A DNA stretch of 64,000 bases from Dicyema japonicum. Lineage: Eukaryota > Animalia > Dicyemida. This document shows, piece after piece, positions 1 through 9,863 of the stretch (the stretch's first letter is position 1; every line of letters begins with the position of its first letter). A program made the position numbers and the translations under genes. The stretch is from assembly GCA_011109175.1 (NCBI GenBank), contig RDEW01000026.1, positions 214,761 through 278,760 on the forward strand, in the 5' to 3' direction. A model generated the notes under the pieces. The model ran no database searches. It saw only the letters and a list, made by a program, of their open reading frames with translations, and was not told the DNA's origin.

Positions 1-41
1 TATTTTTAATTGTATTTTAATTTTATTATAAAAGTAATCAG

Positions 42-290
42 TTAATTTATCCCTAGTAAAGCATATTTAAAACTGCCATCCATCCAAAGTGACCCCGCCG
101 ACATTATCGACGTTGCGTTGCCTCTCACGATTGCAACAGAGATCAACTGGAGTAGCCACCGGGTCTCACGTGCGTCGTGGCTTTTTAGTGTAGCTAAGCG
201 TCCAAGTTTCTTTAGGAAGCGAAGCGATTTTCCACTTATTCCTCCAGTTGTCTCGACCACTATCGGATAAAACGCGAATCGGTCGCGTTA
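42..290 (-). mobile_element. CRE-clade non-LTR retrotransposon, 3' fragment (subfamily C)
   Basis: Translates as VETTGGISGKSLRFLKKLGR...RWLLQLISVAIVRGNA, the typical CRE C-terminus. A near-identical copy lies at ~4077-4285. Confidence 0.8.
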
Positions 291-1058
291 TCGTATTTTG
301 TATTTTTATGGCATACTTTTTAATTACTTTGGAAGTAATTTAATTTCAACACGACTTATGCTCATTATTTTTTGAGCTTTTCTCATTCAGTTTTTTCTTT
401 AAATCAAATTTGTTGAATAGGATTTAAGTCGGATGCCCTCTAATCATACATTTTTTCTTTCAAAAATTTTATTTCGCCTTCGATGTGTGACAGGGAGTAA
501 AATCCTATTAGAAGTATTTACCTCGATATCTTAAATAAAGGAAACTTGTAGTTAACCAAGAACTTTTTTCTCTGTCTGCTTCATAAGGTTATGTATTCCC
601 GGGTGTATTATGCAAAAACAGATAATAATTGTGGTTTTCTTCCCTCTGCCGATGGAAGTTCGTTTTATCTTGCCTCTTCCAGTCTATAGCATTGAGAAGT
701 GTAGGGTATTAGTGAATACTGTCCAAGGTTGGTGACAGCATATATTAGTTATTTGATTGGCATGTCAATTGTACTACATAGTTGAAATTCTCAGAACTGA
801 GTATTTTGTTATATAAATGTGTTTCGTGATTGTATTTCTCTAAATTAATAATATTACCACAGTGTTACAAAAGGAAAAAGAGGAAAACAATTAGTCATAA
901 TATCACTATTGACGTTCATAATCTGCAAACTATGGAAACATTGAATACAAAAAGTTCCCTGAATACTCAAAAATTCCACATTTGACTGAACGAAGGGTTC
1001 TAGTAATTAAACTGTATAGAACAGGACGTCATTTTAGTAAAGAAAAATGTTAGTAATG

Positions 1059-1898
1059 TTAAACGTGGTCAATGTCGATAATATCCCTGGATGGTTGGTA
1101 TTCGTCCAGTAATTTTGACTCAACAATAAGAATGCCCTGTTCGACGTATGCCTGAATACACTCCAAGTCACAATTGTTAGGAATACTGTACTCACGTGTG
1201 TATTCGTTGATTGATTTGCATCCCTCATATATTTCTACATGTTTCGCAAAAAAATTAAGTTTATTTTCACCTTCATTCAATGTTATTTTAATTTCACTAC
1301 TGTCCACTTGTTTAACATTCAGTTTGAGTCTCCAAAGCTTGGTCCCCAGTATGTCAATTACTCCAGGATCGTTTATAGCTCGAAAAACTCCAGGACCACT
1401 TCTTGTCTCAGGCGGTTGTTCGCTAATTCTAGGAGCAGATCTAAATCGACTGTCAGATGCAATCGAAGGTCTGTAATCGGGTGGGTCATTTACGGGACCT
1501 TCAATTGTAAGGATCCCATCACTCGAAAGAGTGCTCACAAGAGCGTCAGAATCCACGTTGTGAGGGATACTTGCTGTCTTTTTGAAAATTTTTTCAGAAA
1601 AGGATCCATCACGTGTTGTCCCCGTTTTATTGGCTTCCACAATAATTAATCCATTCTCGACTTTAGCTGTAATGTCACCAGCTTCAAAATCACCAACATT
1701 CAAGCGAATCTGATACTTTCGAACTCCATCCTCGTCAGAAACAAACGAAGAATCAAACCAAATTGTGGAAGAAAGTCTGCTACTAAACCGCGGACGGAGT
1801 ATTTCCAGCCTCTCCTCATTGAACCGTCTGTCAAATTCTTCAATAAACCGCTTCTGTCTCTCAGAAAAACTTCGGGGATCGTTCTGAACAGGCAGCAT
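1059..1898 (-). CDS. Small heat-shock protein with two alpha-crystallin domains (p40/major-egg-antigen-like), intronless
   Basis: Open ORF, probable start MLPVQNDPRSF at 1898. Domain 1 is YQIRLNVGDFEAGDITAKVENG...LVSTLSSDGILTIEGP. Domain 2 is WRLKLNVKQVDSSEIKI...FTREY-like/YVEQGILIVE. Confidence 0.88.
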   Translation of the reverse strand: MLPVQNDPRSFSERQKRFIEEFDRRFNEERLEILRPRFSSRLSSTIWFDSSFVSDEDGVRKYQIRLNVGDFEAGDITAKVENGLIIVEANKTGTTRDGSFSEKIFKKTASIPHNVDSDALVSTLSSDGILTIEGPVNDPPDYRPSIASDSRFRSAPRISEQPPETRSGPGVFRAINDPGVIDILGTKLWRLKLNVKQVDSSEIKITLNEGENKLNFFAKHVEIYEGCKSINEYTREYSIPNNCDLECIQAYVEQGILIVESKLLDEYQPSRDIIDIDHV

Positions 1899-3461
1899 AA
1901 AAATTTTCGCCAACCTAGATGATAAAATTGAATTTTCGCATTTCCCACATTTTATCGGACACAATCGATAACCTCATAATTTACGACAAAAATATTGACT
2001 TTAATTGCTCTATCATATATGATCAATAAATATATATCTAAACTACAGGATATTTATTGTACCACACATTTAATTGACTGTGAAATAATCCTACATTCAC
2101 CATTTTTATGCCTTAAAACCATTCTCGGACAAATGTTGGAAACCACAATTGCTTTTTCCCTTACGAACATTTAGCTAACATTTGTCTGTCAGTCCTTTTC
2201 TTTAATAATTTATATCTTTTTTACAAACCGATTTTTTCAATGAGACATATCTGGTTCACGAACATAGATTCCATATCCTTGATTTAATGTTTATGTTTTT
2301 TTAATGAGCTAATGTTTATGTGGCTCTTTGTAAATTGGGCGTTACTTGTCAGTTTCAACGCCTGTTTTGGGTAAATATCAGTAATAAAGTTTTCAGATCT
2401 TTGGAAAGCTGGACGTGTTCTAATTGTGAACTGGGATTTATAATTTGGTTTCCTCCCACTGGAATAATATCTATCTTATTACCCAAATAGTTTGCAGTTT
2501 TGAATAATCGACAGGGTGATACTAATACATGCCTCTGTCCTGTATTGCAAATAGTTATTCTTGATGGCTTTAAAAAAGATTAGATTATGTTTTTCTATTT
2601 TCCAGTACGAGCACTGGATCTGTAAACAAATTCTCTTGCAAAAACGTCTTTATCAAGTCGAATGAAAGCACACTTGACTACCTTTATTGAATCATTAAGC
2701 ACAAACGCTTGATTAGCTTTATTGAATCACTAAGAGGCCACAAAGTAAATCGATTGAAGGAGATCTAATTTACGTCAGATGACTTCTGTGAAAACGCCTG
2801 TCCCGAACCTAGGAGAGAATATTCCTTCTGCCGATCTTCATGATGCCTTTTATCATCTCGAAGGGGTAGTAGTTGAGTTGATAGACTTAAGACGTACATC
2901 TCACGGACCTTTTATCTGAACCTCCTACATTCTGGAGAATTATGAATCTTGTGAATGGGATACTTTTGGGAATATTTCTGATTTTGGACGTAAAATTCTA
3001 TTTTCTGCAAACTGCTCAAGGAAAGATAATAGAATTCGTTTTATTGCAGTCATCAACGTTTTTCCGGAATGATTGCTTGTCATTCAATAATTAGAAATGT
3101 GCCAATTATCGCTGGCCGTGTGAAGTGAAAATCCGTACTGTAAGGCAGTCGTTCCCAAAGTCCTCGCGGAACCCTTTTGGGCTAATTTTTTGCGGAACCC
3201 TTCCAATTCAATTATTACAATTTCATTTAAACATAATCGTAATAACCAAAAATAAATTTAATGTGAACATTAACTTTTATCATAGTTGTGTAACATTAGG
3301 AACTGTATCCTCATATCGTCAGAAGCATTGAGTTTATATTTTTATTGAAAATCCGGTAAGTCGTTGGAAAAGGTAATAGTGTATTGCCTTTTCTTAAATA
3401 TCAGGATATTTTGAAATGTATGCTCTCCAAAAATTAAAAAGGGATATATCTGATTTATTAT

Positions 3462-4010
3462 TAGCACTTTCACGAGAGCCATAATATTTATAGCCCCGCA
3501 TGTGCAGCAAAAATTATAAGAGAATTAGTTAGGTTGCTCCAAGCTCTTCTGTTCTTTGCTAGGTCCCTCAGTGAGTCCAGATCGTCACCAGATGCCAATG
3601 TTTTCTTCACGGCTTTCAGATCGTTTTGTAGAACGACAGGGAGGGTAGTTCTCGGTCTTCCACGAAAGCGTTTTACATTGGAGGAGTCTTCCATTGCGAT
3701 GTTCGGAGGGGATATCGGGTCCAACCTCAGGACATGTCCAAAAAGTCTCCAACGAGAGCTAATGATCTCGTGGCTTAATGGTATACAGTCACACTTATTG
3801 TAGAGTCCATTCCGTGAGATCTTGGATGGCCAGGACATTCCAGTTATGTTTCTTAGATGATTCCTGTGAGATGAGTCTAGCCTCTCCAATTCCTCTTTAG
3901 AGGTGGCCCAGAGTTGTATAGTAGAATTGGTTTGATGAAAGTATCGTATAACATAATCCTTGATTTTTCAGCCTATTTGATGTTGATTCTGATATTCAAT
4001 TGATGTTAGA
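3462..4010 (-). mobile_element. RTE-clade LINE, 3' fragment
   Basis: ORF 3488-3889 contains RWRLFGHVLRL...RFRGRPRTTL...LAKNRRAW, followed by a short 3' UTR. Confidence 0.85.
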
Positions 4011-4076
4011 TTTGCTGGTATTACTTTAATTTGAAAATAAAATGTTTAATAATAAAAATAATTAATAATTAACAAA

Positions 4077-4535
4077 ACCATCTATCCAAAGTGGTCCCCC
4101 GACATTATCGACGTTGCGTTGCCTCTCACGATTGCAACAGAGATCAACTGGAGAAACCACCGGGACTCACGTGCTTTTTAGTGTAGCTAGGCGTTTAAGT
4201 TTCTTTAGGAAGCGAAGTGATTTTCCACTTATTCCTCCAGTTGTCTCAACCACAATCTGATAGAACGCGAATCGGTCGCGTAGCGCTTCGTATTTCTTCT
4301 CCATTGCCCTCATCGTTTTTTTCCGCGACATGGAGTGTGTCTACCGCGCTCCAGATAATGTTGGATGGGCAAAGGGGTCGACACAAGTACCATCCCAGAC
4401 CAAAGGTTTCCCTCTTCGAATGGGAAAATTGTGATTCCGTCAGGACTTTTTTCCATCTCCTCTGTCCAGGCAAACAGGTTCAAGTATGGCGGGGTATCCC
4501 GAAGACTCCAGGGCTCGCTTGACAATTCAGTTGAT
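4077..4535 (-). mobile_element. CRE-clade retrotransposon 3' fragment (subfamily C)
   Basis: Contains the PDGITIFPFEEG restriction-like endonuclease motif. Its 3' part duplicates 79-290. Confidence 0.8.
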
Positions 4536-4694
4536 CGCCTTATGTCTTGGAAATCTCTTATGCAATTATTGTTTCTCATTAAAAATCTTATAAAATTGAC
4601 TAACCCAAAACAGAATCAATGTATAAGCGTGGATGTTTAATATATTTTAATTTTTTGAGAAACAGAACTCGAAAAAGTAAAACGAGTAAATTAT

Positions 4695-4890
4695 CTAGTT
4701 AACCGGATTTAATCCAGATTGCTGGTAATCCCTCTACTTCTCTAAAAGAAGATTGTGCCATCAATTCCCAGTTATTCCCCATCTCCAAATCATAGTCAAT
4801 CGAAATATCCCTGTTAAAGTCCAGTGGGATGGCAGTTTCACAAGTTGAGAGGTAGAAGAGGGTTCTCTTCATAAGAAACCTTCATCCCGT
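4695..4890 (-). mobile_element. 3' fragment of the R4/NeSL-like element also present at 63085-64000
   Basis: CAGATTGCTGGTAATCCCTCT...CCATCTCCAAATCA...CACAAGTTGAGAGGTAG aligns with 63110-63290. Confidence 0.7.
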
Positions 4891-4929
4891 GTTTCTGTAA
4901 TTAAAAACTATTATTAAATAATTTATAAT

Positions 4930-6110
4930 AAATTTCGCTAATAACCTCATGAAAGACTATGTGTCGATCAGCCGCAAGGAATTTTCTCGATCTCTGCATG
5001 TCAAACGAGGTGGTCCACAACAGTCGACATATACGACGTTCTTCACTCCCTACGACGTTCTCATTGAACACTCCAATCCTCAAGCTTGGAAAATCAAAAG
5101 ACATTCCATCCTCTTACTGTCTCCATAACTTGCGCCTTGTCAAAAGTGTTGGAGAAGCTTGTACTAATGTTAATCACCCCTGTTCTACAATTTCCTGATT
5201 TTCAACATGGCTTCAGATCAGGTCGTTCTGCAAAGACGCATTTGGGATCTGTCTCCAAGTTCATCACAGACGGCTTCAACATGAAGAGACTCAATTACGG
5301 ACGGCTCTGGTGTCTATAGATATACAGAAAGCCTTCGAATCGGTTTCGAAAACTCTTCCAACAAAGAAGATCTCCCTCCAGGGCTGTGGCGATGGTTCAG
5401 TCACACCTCAACCAGGTGTGTGATTGGCTATCCATAAATTTGCTGTCTGTGTCTGCATCCAAGTCTCAGTTCACCCTATTTACTACGGACAGAAGATTTA
5501 AAGGTGGACTTGAGATATTCCTCGGAAACATTCCCATCCCTTATACACGAATCCATAAGATCATTATTGTAACCTTCGACTCTCTGATGACGTTCGCCAA
5601 TCATACGGAGGAGGTATTAACCAAGTGTCTTCGAAAATGGAACGTCAGAAAAGCCATCGTAAAGAAGAGTCCCTTCCCTCCTACTGCTTGTATAAGCAAA
5701 GTATATCTCCAAGTTATTGCGCCGACGATTGAATATGCTTGTTCTGCCTGGAGATTCGCTATTCCTTCTACGAGGGTGGAGCGTATAAACTCTCTCAGAC
5801 GGGAGATCATGAAGCATATACAATCAGACTCCACATCCGTCTGCTTTCAGAGGAGGCGACGGTGAGAAATGGCCTAGGCTTTCTACGTATGTGCAATGAG
5901 CTAGAAAACCCATTCAGAGAGAGGGTGGTTCATGCGGAAGAATTCAGATCGGCATTAAAAAGTGCACTCCGATAGAATTCCTCTGCAGAAATAAAAGAAG
6001 ACACTTCAGAAACGCTGTTGGTTCACTGGCGGAGCATTCGAAAAAAATTCGAGAGATGTTGGAGGCTGGAATTTTTTCTTTCTTGGTGGTCGTGGGGTTT
6101 AAAATAAAAT
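4930..6110 (+). mobile_element. Decayed Vingi/Ingi-like LINE (RT and C-terminal fragments)
   Basis: SITCALSKVLEKL, FQHGFRSGRS and VTFDSLMTF...IEYACSAW motifs, with frameshifts and deletions. Confidence 0.75.
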
Positions 6111-6544
6111 AAACTAATAATTTAGCGGAACCCTAAAACTGCCTCCGCTGAACCCTGGGGTTCCCTGGTTGGGAACCAGTGCTGTAAGGGCCTTCGTAAG
6201 GCTATCATCTAAAGCTGAGGAGAACGTCTTTTTTTAATTTGATCAACAAAACGCCTCTAACTCTATGAGAAGAGATATAAGAACACCGAAAATTTATCCT
6301 TTTGTTCATCATTCATATTCTACTCATCCCCCTCGTTTTTGGAAATGAAATTATTACTCAAAACGAGAGTACAACAGGGCGAACATTTGTTCCCCTTTTT
6401 TTCTTTAACGATCGATCACATTGTGTAAGATATTTTTACTGATTAATTTATGACATTTGAACAATTGCATCCTCGGAGGAAGCCTTAAGATTGTTTTCTC
6501 AAAAGTCACATAATTGACAGCTGGTTAGAATCTCGATGCTGTAC

Positions 6545-6655
6545 ATTATGGCTGAAGGTTCAACTCTGTGGTTTGTACAAGGACTCGCACACAAAAAAGA
6601 AGTGAAGAATATTGTTTGGTTTCCTTTCTTAGTTATCATAACTGATCTTTAATTG
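6545..6655 (+). mobile_element. Remnant of SINE family 1
   Basis: GAAGGTTC...AAGGACTCGCACACAAAAAAAGAAGTGAAGA...TTAGTTATCATAACTG matches the body of 34424-34725. Confidence 0.55.
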
Positions 6656-6884
6656 TCTCCTGTCTAGAGTTATATTGTGGTTCTGCTGTGTATGCCACAA
6701 AATTGAAGTTAACACAAAAGTAAAATAATTTTAGGCAACCAATAATATATAAACTCATGGATCGTCTTAGTCATGGTGGACCTTTGAGATGGCGGAGGAA
6801 TCTTCTTTAGCATTTTTCGACAGTCAATTACTGTAGAAACAATGTCTTATAAATTTCTTGTTTTGGTTGCAAGGATAGGATTTA

Positions 6885-7080
6885 TTAGTTAAGTAACCCC
6901 AGCCTCACTAACTTGTAAGTGGCCAGCAGCTATTAAGTAGGACGCAGAGGATTTATTAAATCACTGAAGATGCTTGGTTTCAGGTAATCTTCCAATGTCA
7001 GTGCTCTAAAGGTGTATGCAGGTTGCAATTATCGAGAGCCACATTTTGAGTTTTTTTAGATTTGAATGGGAAACACTGCT
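6885..7080 (-). mobile_element. Vingi-like family A 3' end
   Basis: TAACCCCAGCCTCACTAACTTGTAAGTGGCCAGCAGCTATT is nearly identical to 36505-36560. Confidence 0.65.
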
Positions 7081-7220
7081 GGATTAGCTAAAACTAGCGT
7101 AGTTCAGAGGAGTTCAAAAAACCGTTTGAATATAAAATAAAACTGTTTTTTGTTGTGTCTAACTTTGACATCAGAAACAGCACGGAGAGCGTTGAGTATA
7201 CTTATAGCCTTCATTATGAC

Positions 7221-7325
7221 TAGGGCGATTTTTTTAACCTAAAAAATAAAAAAATTAACATAAAAAATTAACTTTATTAACCTAAAAGCTAAAAAAATTA
7301 ACCCAAAAATTTAACTTTATAACTA
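7221..7325. mobile_element. Possible hAT-like terminus (TAGGG...) with AT-rich subterminal repeats
   Basis: TAGGGCGATTTT is followed by repeated TTAAC(C/T)/AAAAA units. Similar starts occur at 52684 and 62301. Confidence 0.35.
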
Positions 7326-7985
7326 AGCCATCCCAAATGAAGCTCTGGGCACCATTCTAGATAATGAATGCGTTAGAAGTGGTATCTATCTGCGGCTAGG
7401 ACTGAAAGTATGTGTACCTCACCCGTGCCGATGTGGCGTTCTGATAGACTGCTATGGCCTGCACCCTCTCGTCTGCAAGAGGAGTGCTGGCAGATCTCCA
7501 AGGCACAAGGCTCTGAATGAGATTGTCAAGCGGGCTGTGGATGCTGCTGGATACTCGGCCATTCTTGACCCGGTCGGGTTATGCAGAAGTGACGGGAAAC
7601 GACCGGACGGGATGACCATATTTCTCTTCGAGTCCGGGAAACCATTGGTTTGGGACGTGACATGTACAGACACGTTTGCCCCGAACAATCTTCACGAGTG
7701 CGCTTCAAGGGCCTGCTCTGCAGCCGTCAAGGCGGAGAAGGCTAAACTCTAAAAATACGGCGGCCTTCCCGATAATGTCCAATTTGTTCCGCTTGCTATG
7801 GTGACTTCCGGATCCTACTCCCACTCTACACTAGAGTTTTTCGGACGTCTTGGAAACCGGATCACTTCATGCACTGGAGATCTCCGCGAACGCCGCTGGC
7901 TGTTTGAGCGAATTTCGCTCGCAATTCTGAGAAGGAACAGCCACGCAGTGAGGCTGCAGCTAACTGATGTTTCGTTCTTTTTTTG
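7325..7985 (+). mobile_element. CRE-clade retrotransposon 3' fragment (subfamily A)
   Basis: CRCG...HPLVCKRSAGRSPRHKALN, then KRPDGMTIF...LVWDVTCTDTFAPNN...EKAKL (PD-(D/E)xK endonuclease). An inverted close copy lies at 16625-17270. Confidence 0.88.
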
Positions 7986-8282
7986 CTCATATATAAATAT
8001 AGTTAAAAATCATTTTAATGATTATTTACTATTATTAAATTTTAATTTTTTAACTTAGTTCGCCCAAATTATGACATAGTAAACGTGGGACGAGAAAGAA
8101 AGGGATTGGGCATAATTCATCTCAAGTATTTTTTTACAGTTTTTTGTTAAAAGGAAAACTTTTCTGAATATCATCACTTCTGGTTGAAGGTTAAAATGCT
8201 GGCAGTAAAAACCGTAATGGTATATTTTGACGGCGGAGTAAGTTGATTGTAGCTATTTTGTTAAAATATCGAGATTTGCTTG

Positions 8283-8462
8283 TAACCTTCACGACTTTAT
8301 TTAAGTAAATAACAGTTATGATAGCTAATCGACGAGGGAGAACCAAGGTGTCTTCTTCACCTCTTTTTCGTTGGACATGAGTCTTTTTATAGACGATCCG
8401 GTTCCGCAATGAGACGTAACTTGTGAAGCAAAGCATCGTAGATGCATGGAACCTTCAGTTTG
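8283..8462 (-). mobile_element. SINE family 1, partial copy
   Basis: The reverse complement GAAGGTTCCATGCATCTACGATGCT...CTCATTGCGGAACCGGATCGTCT...TTACTTAAATAAAGT matches the other copies. Confidence 0.7.
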
Positions 8463-8469
8463 AATGTAT

Positions 8470-9340
8470 AGCAACGAGATTCTAACTAGGCCTCTTGTTA
8501 CATTGTGCCACCGGCTTGGAATCCGATGAAATAATCTTAAAGTTCTATCAAAAGCTTTGGTCATGTCGATAGTGGCGAAAACAGTTCGAAGAAGTGATTT
8601 ATGGTTATTGAATCAATCGGCGATAAAGTCAGTTTAATTAGGTGGACGATAGTGGAATTATGTGGGTTGAATAAATATTTTGATTTTGATAGGTTGGTAA
8701 ATCGTTAGATATGGTTAAGTAAGAGTCTTACAAAATATTAGAAGTGGCAAAAAAAGAGAAACAGGGGAAAGATCCTGGATCACATCCTTGTTTGGTTTCA
8801 GAATAGGAATGATTGTTGACTGTTTCCACAAGAAAAGATAAATCGGGAGTGTAGGGAAGCAGTTAAAATTGCATGTCTCAAACATAAATAGTGACTTGAA
8901 GGAGCGGCTTACCGCCCCCTTATTAGCAGCCAATACGATTTTCTGAGAAAAAAATCCTGTGGGGAAGGATAGGAGATTCAATTTTCACTACGAGGATGTG
9001 ATTCATGGAAAATTTTAAATTAGTTATTTTTAAGTAAGCTAGTTATTAACCATAACCTCGCTACTTTGGAGGCCAAATGTCCTCAGCTGTACATCATCTA
9101 GTTCTAGACGCTTCCACAGGACTCTGATGTTTACCTGATGTTCAGGGCAGGAGAAAGTTTTTTGAATAATCAATAATAACTGGTCCGGTTGAGAAAGTCG
9201 AGAGCCTGATTCGTCTCTTAGGAGGAATGCCCAGAATGTAATTATACTAGGGACCTCCTTGTTTCTCTGTCGAGGGTAGTCTCCGAGTCATCCATCAGTG
9301 GGGGAAAGGCCTCCAGTAGATCGTTCCGAACCAGGTAGAG
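8470..9340 (-). mobile_element. Vingi-like LINE fragments
   Basis: WKQSTIIPILKPNKD and IDMTKAFD RT motifs, plus a 3'-region fragment at ~9040-9340. Confidence 0.65.
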
Positions 9341-9349
9341 ATGTGGTCA

Positions 9350-9655
9350 TAAATTGTATATTTTTTATGTATTTATTTATTAACCTAAGACTTGCAATCT
9401 TTGGCAAGCCCAGCACAAACAGTAACAACTAATTAATCAGGGAAGAAAATTTGCTTGCAATCTTCACCAGATGAGTTGGTCAAAGAGAAGGTAAAGAAGA
9501 TTTCTTTCAACTTATGTGTCGTGGCAGAAAAACTCGTCGCCTCAATGGTCGAATCTGTTTGATGAGGATTGACCTTCGCTGAAAACTCAATCTTTTGGAT
9601 TCGAACCCACAGCCTTCAAATAAGATGCAATCAAAAGTTCAGCCAGAAAGTCTAA
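9350..9655 (-). mobile_element. tRNA-derived SINE family 2
   Basis: The reverse complement shows an A-box-like TGGCTGAAC and a B-box GGTTCGAATCC, an unrelated ~230-nt body and an (AATA)n/A tail. It does not fold into a cloverleaf. Confidence 0.55.
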
Positions 9656-9863
9656 GTATCAATAAAAAATATTAATATTTAAAATTTAAAATACATTGTA
9701 TTAAAAATAAATATTAAAATTCAAAATTATGTTTTACTGGTTATGATGTTTTGCTTTGCATAAAATATTAATGAATTATTTTGCTATTGCATAAGTTATT
9801 AATTAATTATTATTATAAATGAAATACAAATTAATTAATATATGTAATTATTTCAGATTATTA

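Larger units (their letters stand above)
3146..6181. mobile_element. Buster/Charlie-type hAT non-autonomous element filled with nested retroelement fragments
   Basis: Imperfect TIRs CAGTCGTTCCCAA (3146) and TTGGGAACCAGTG (to 6181). GCGGAACCC subterminal motifs at both ends. Identical 8-bp TSD CTGTAAGG at 3138-3145 and 6182-6189, with the central TA typical of Buster. Confidence 0.85.

Noticed and set aside
1899-1964. Upstream extension of the sHSP ORF (CPIKCGKCEN...)
   Set aside because: It starts at a non-ATG codon in the ORF track and shows no family similarity. The ATG at 1898 fits better.
2000-3140. Short open frames and a small direct repeat (CTTTATTGAATCA x2, ~2680-2735)
   Set aside because: No recognisable motif or consistent exon chain. 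Left unannotated.
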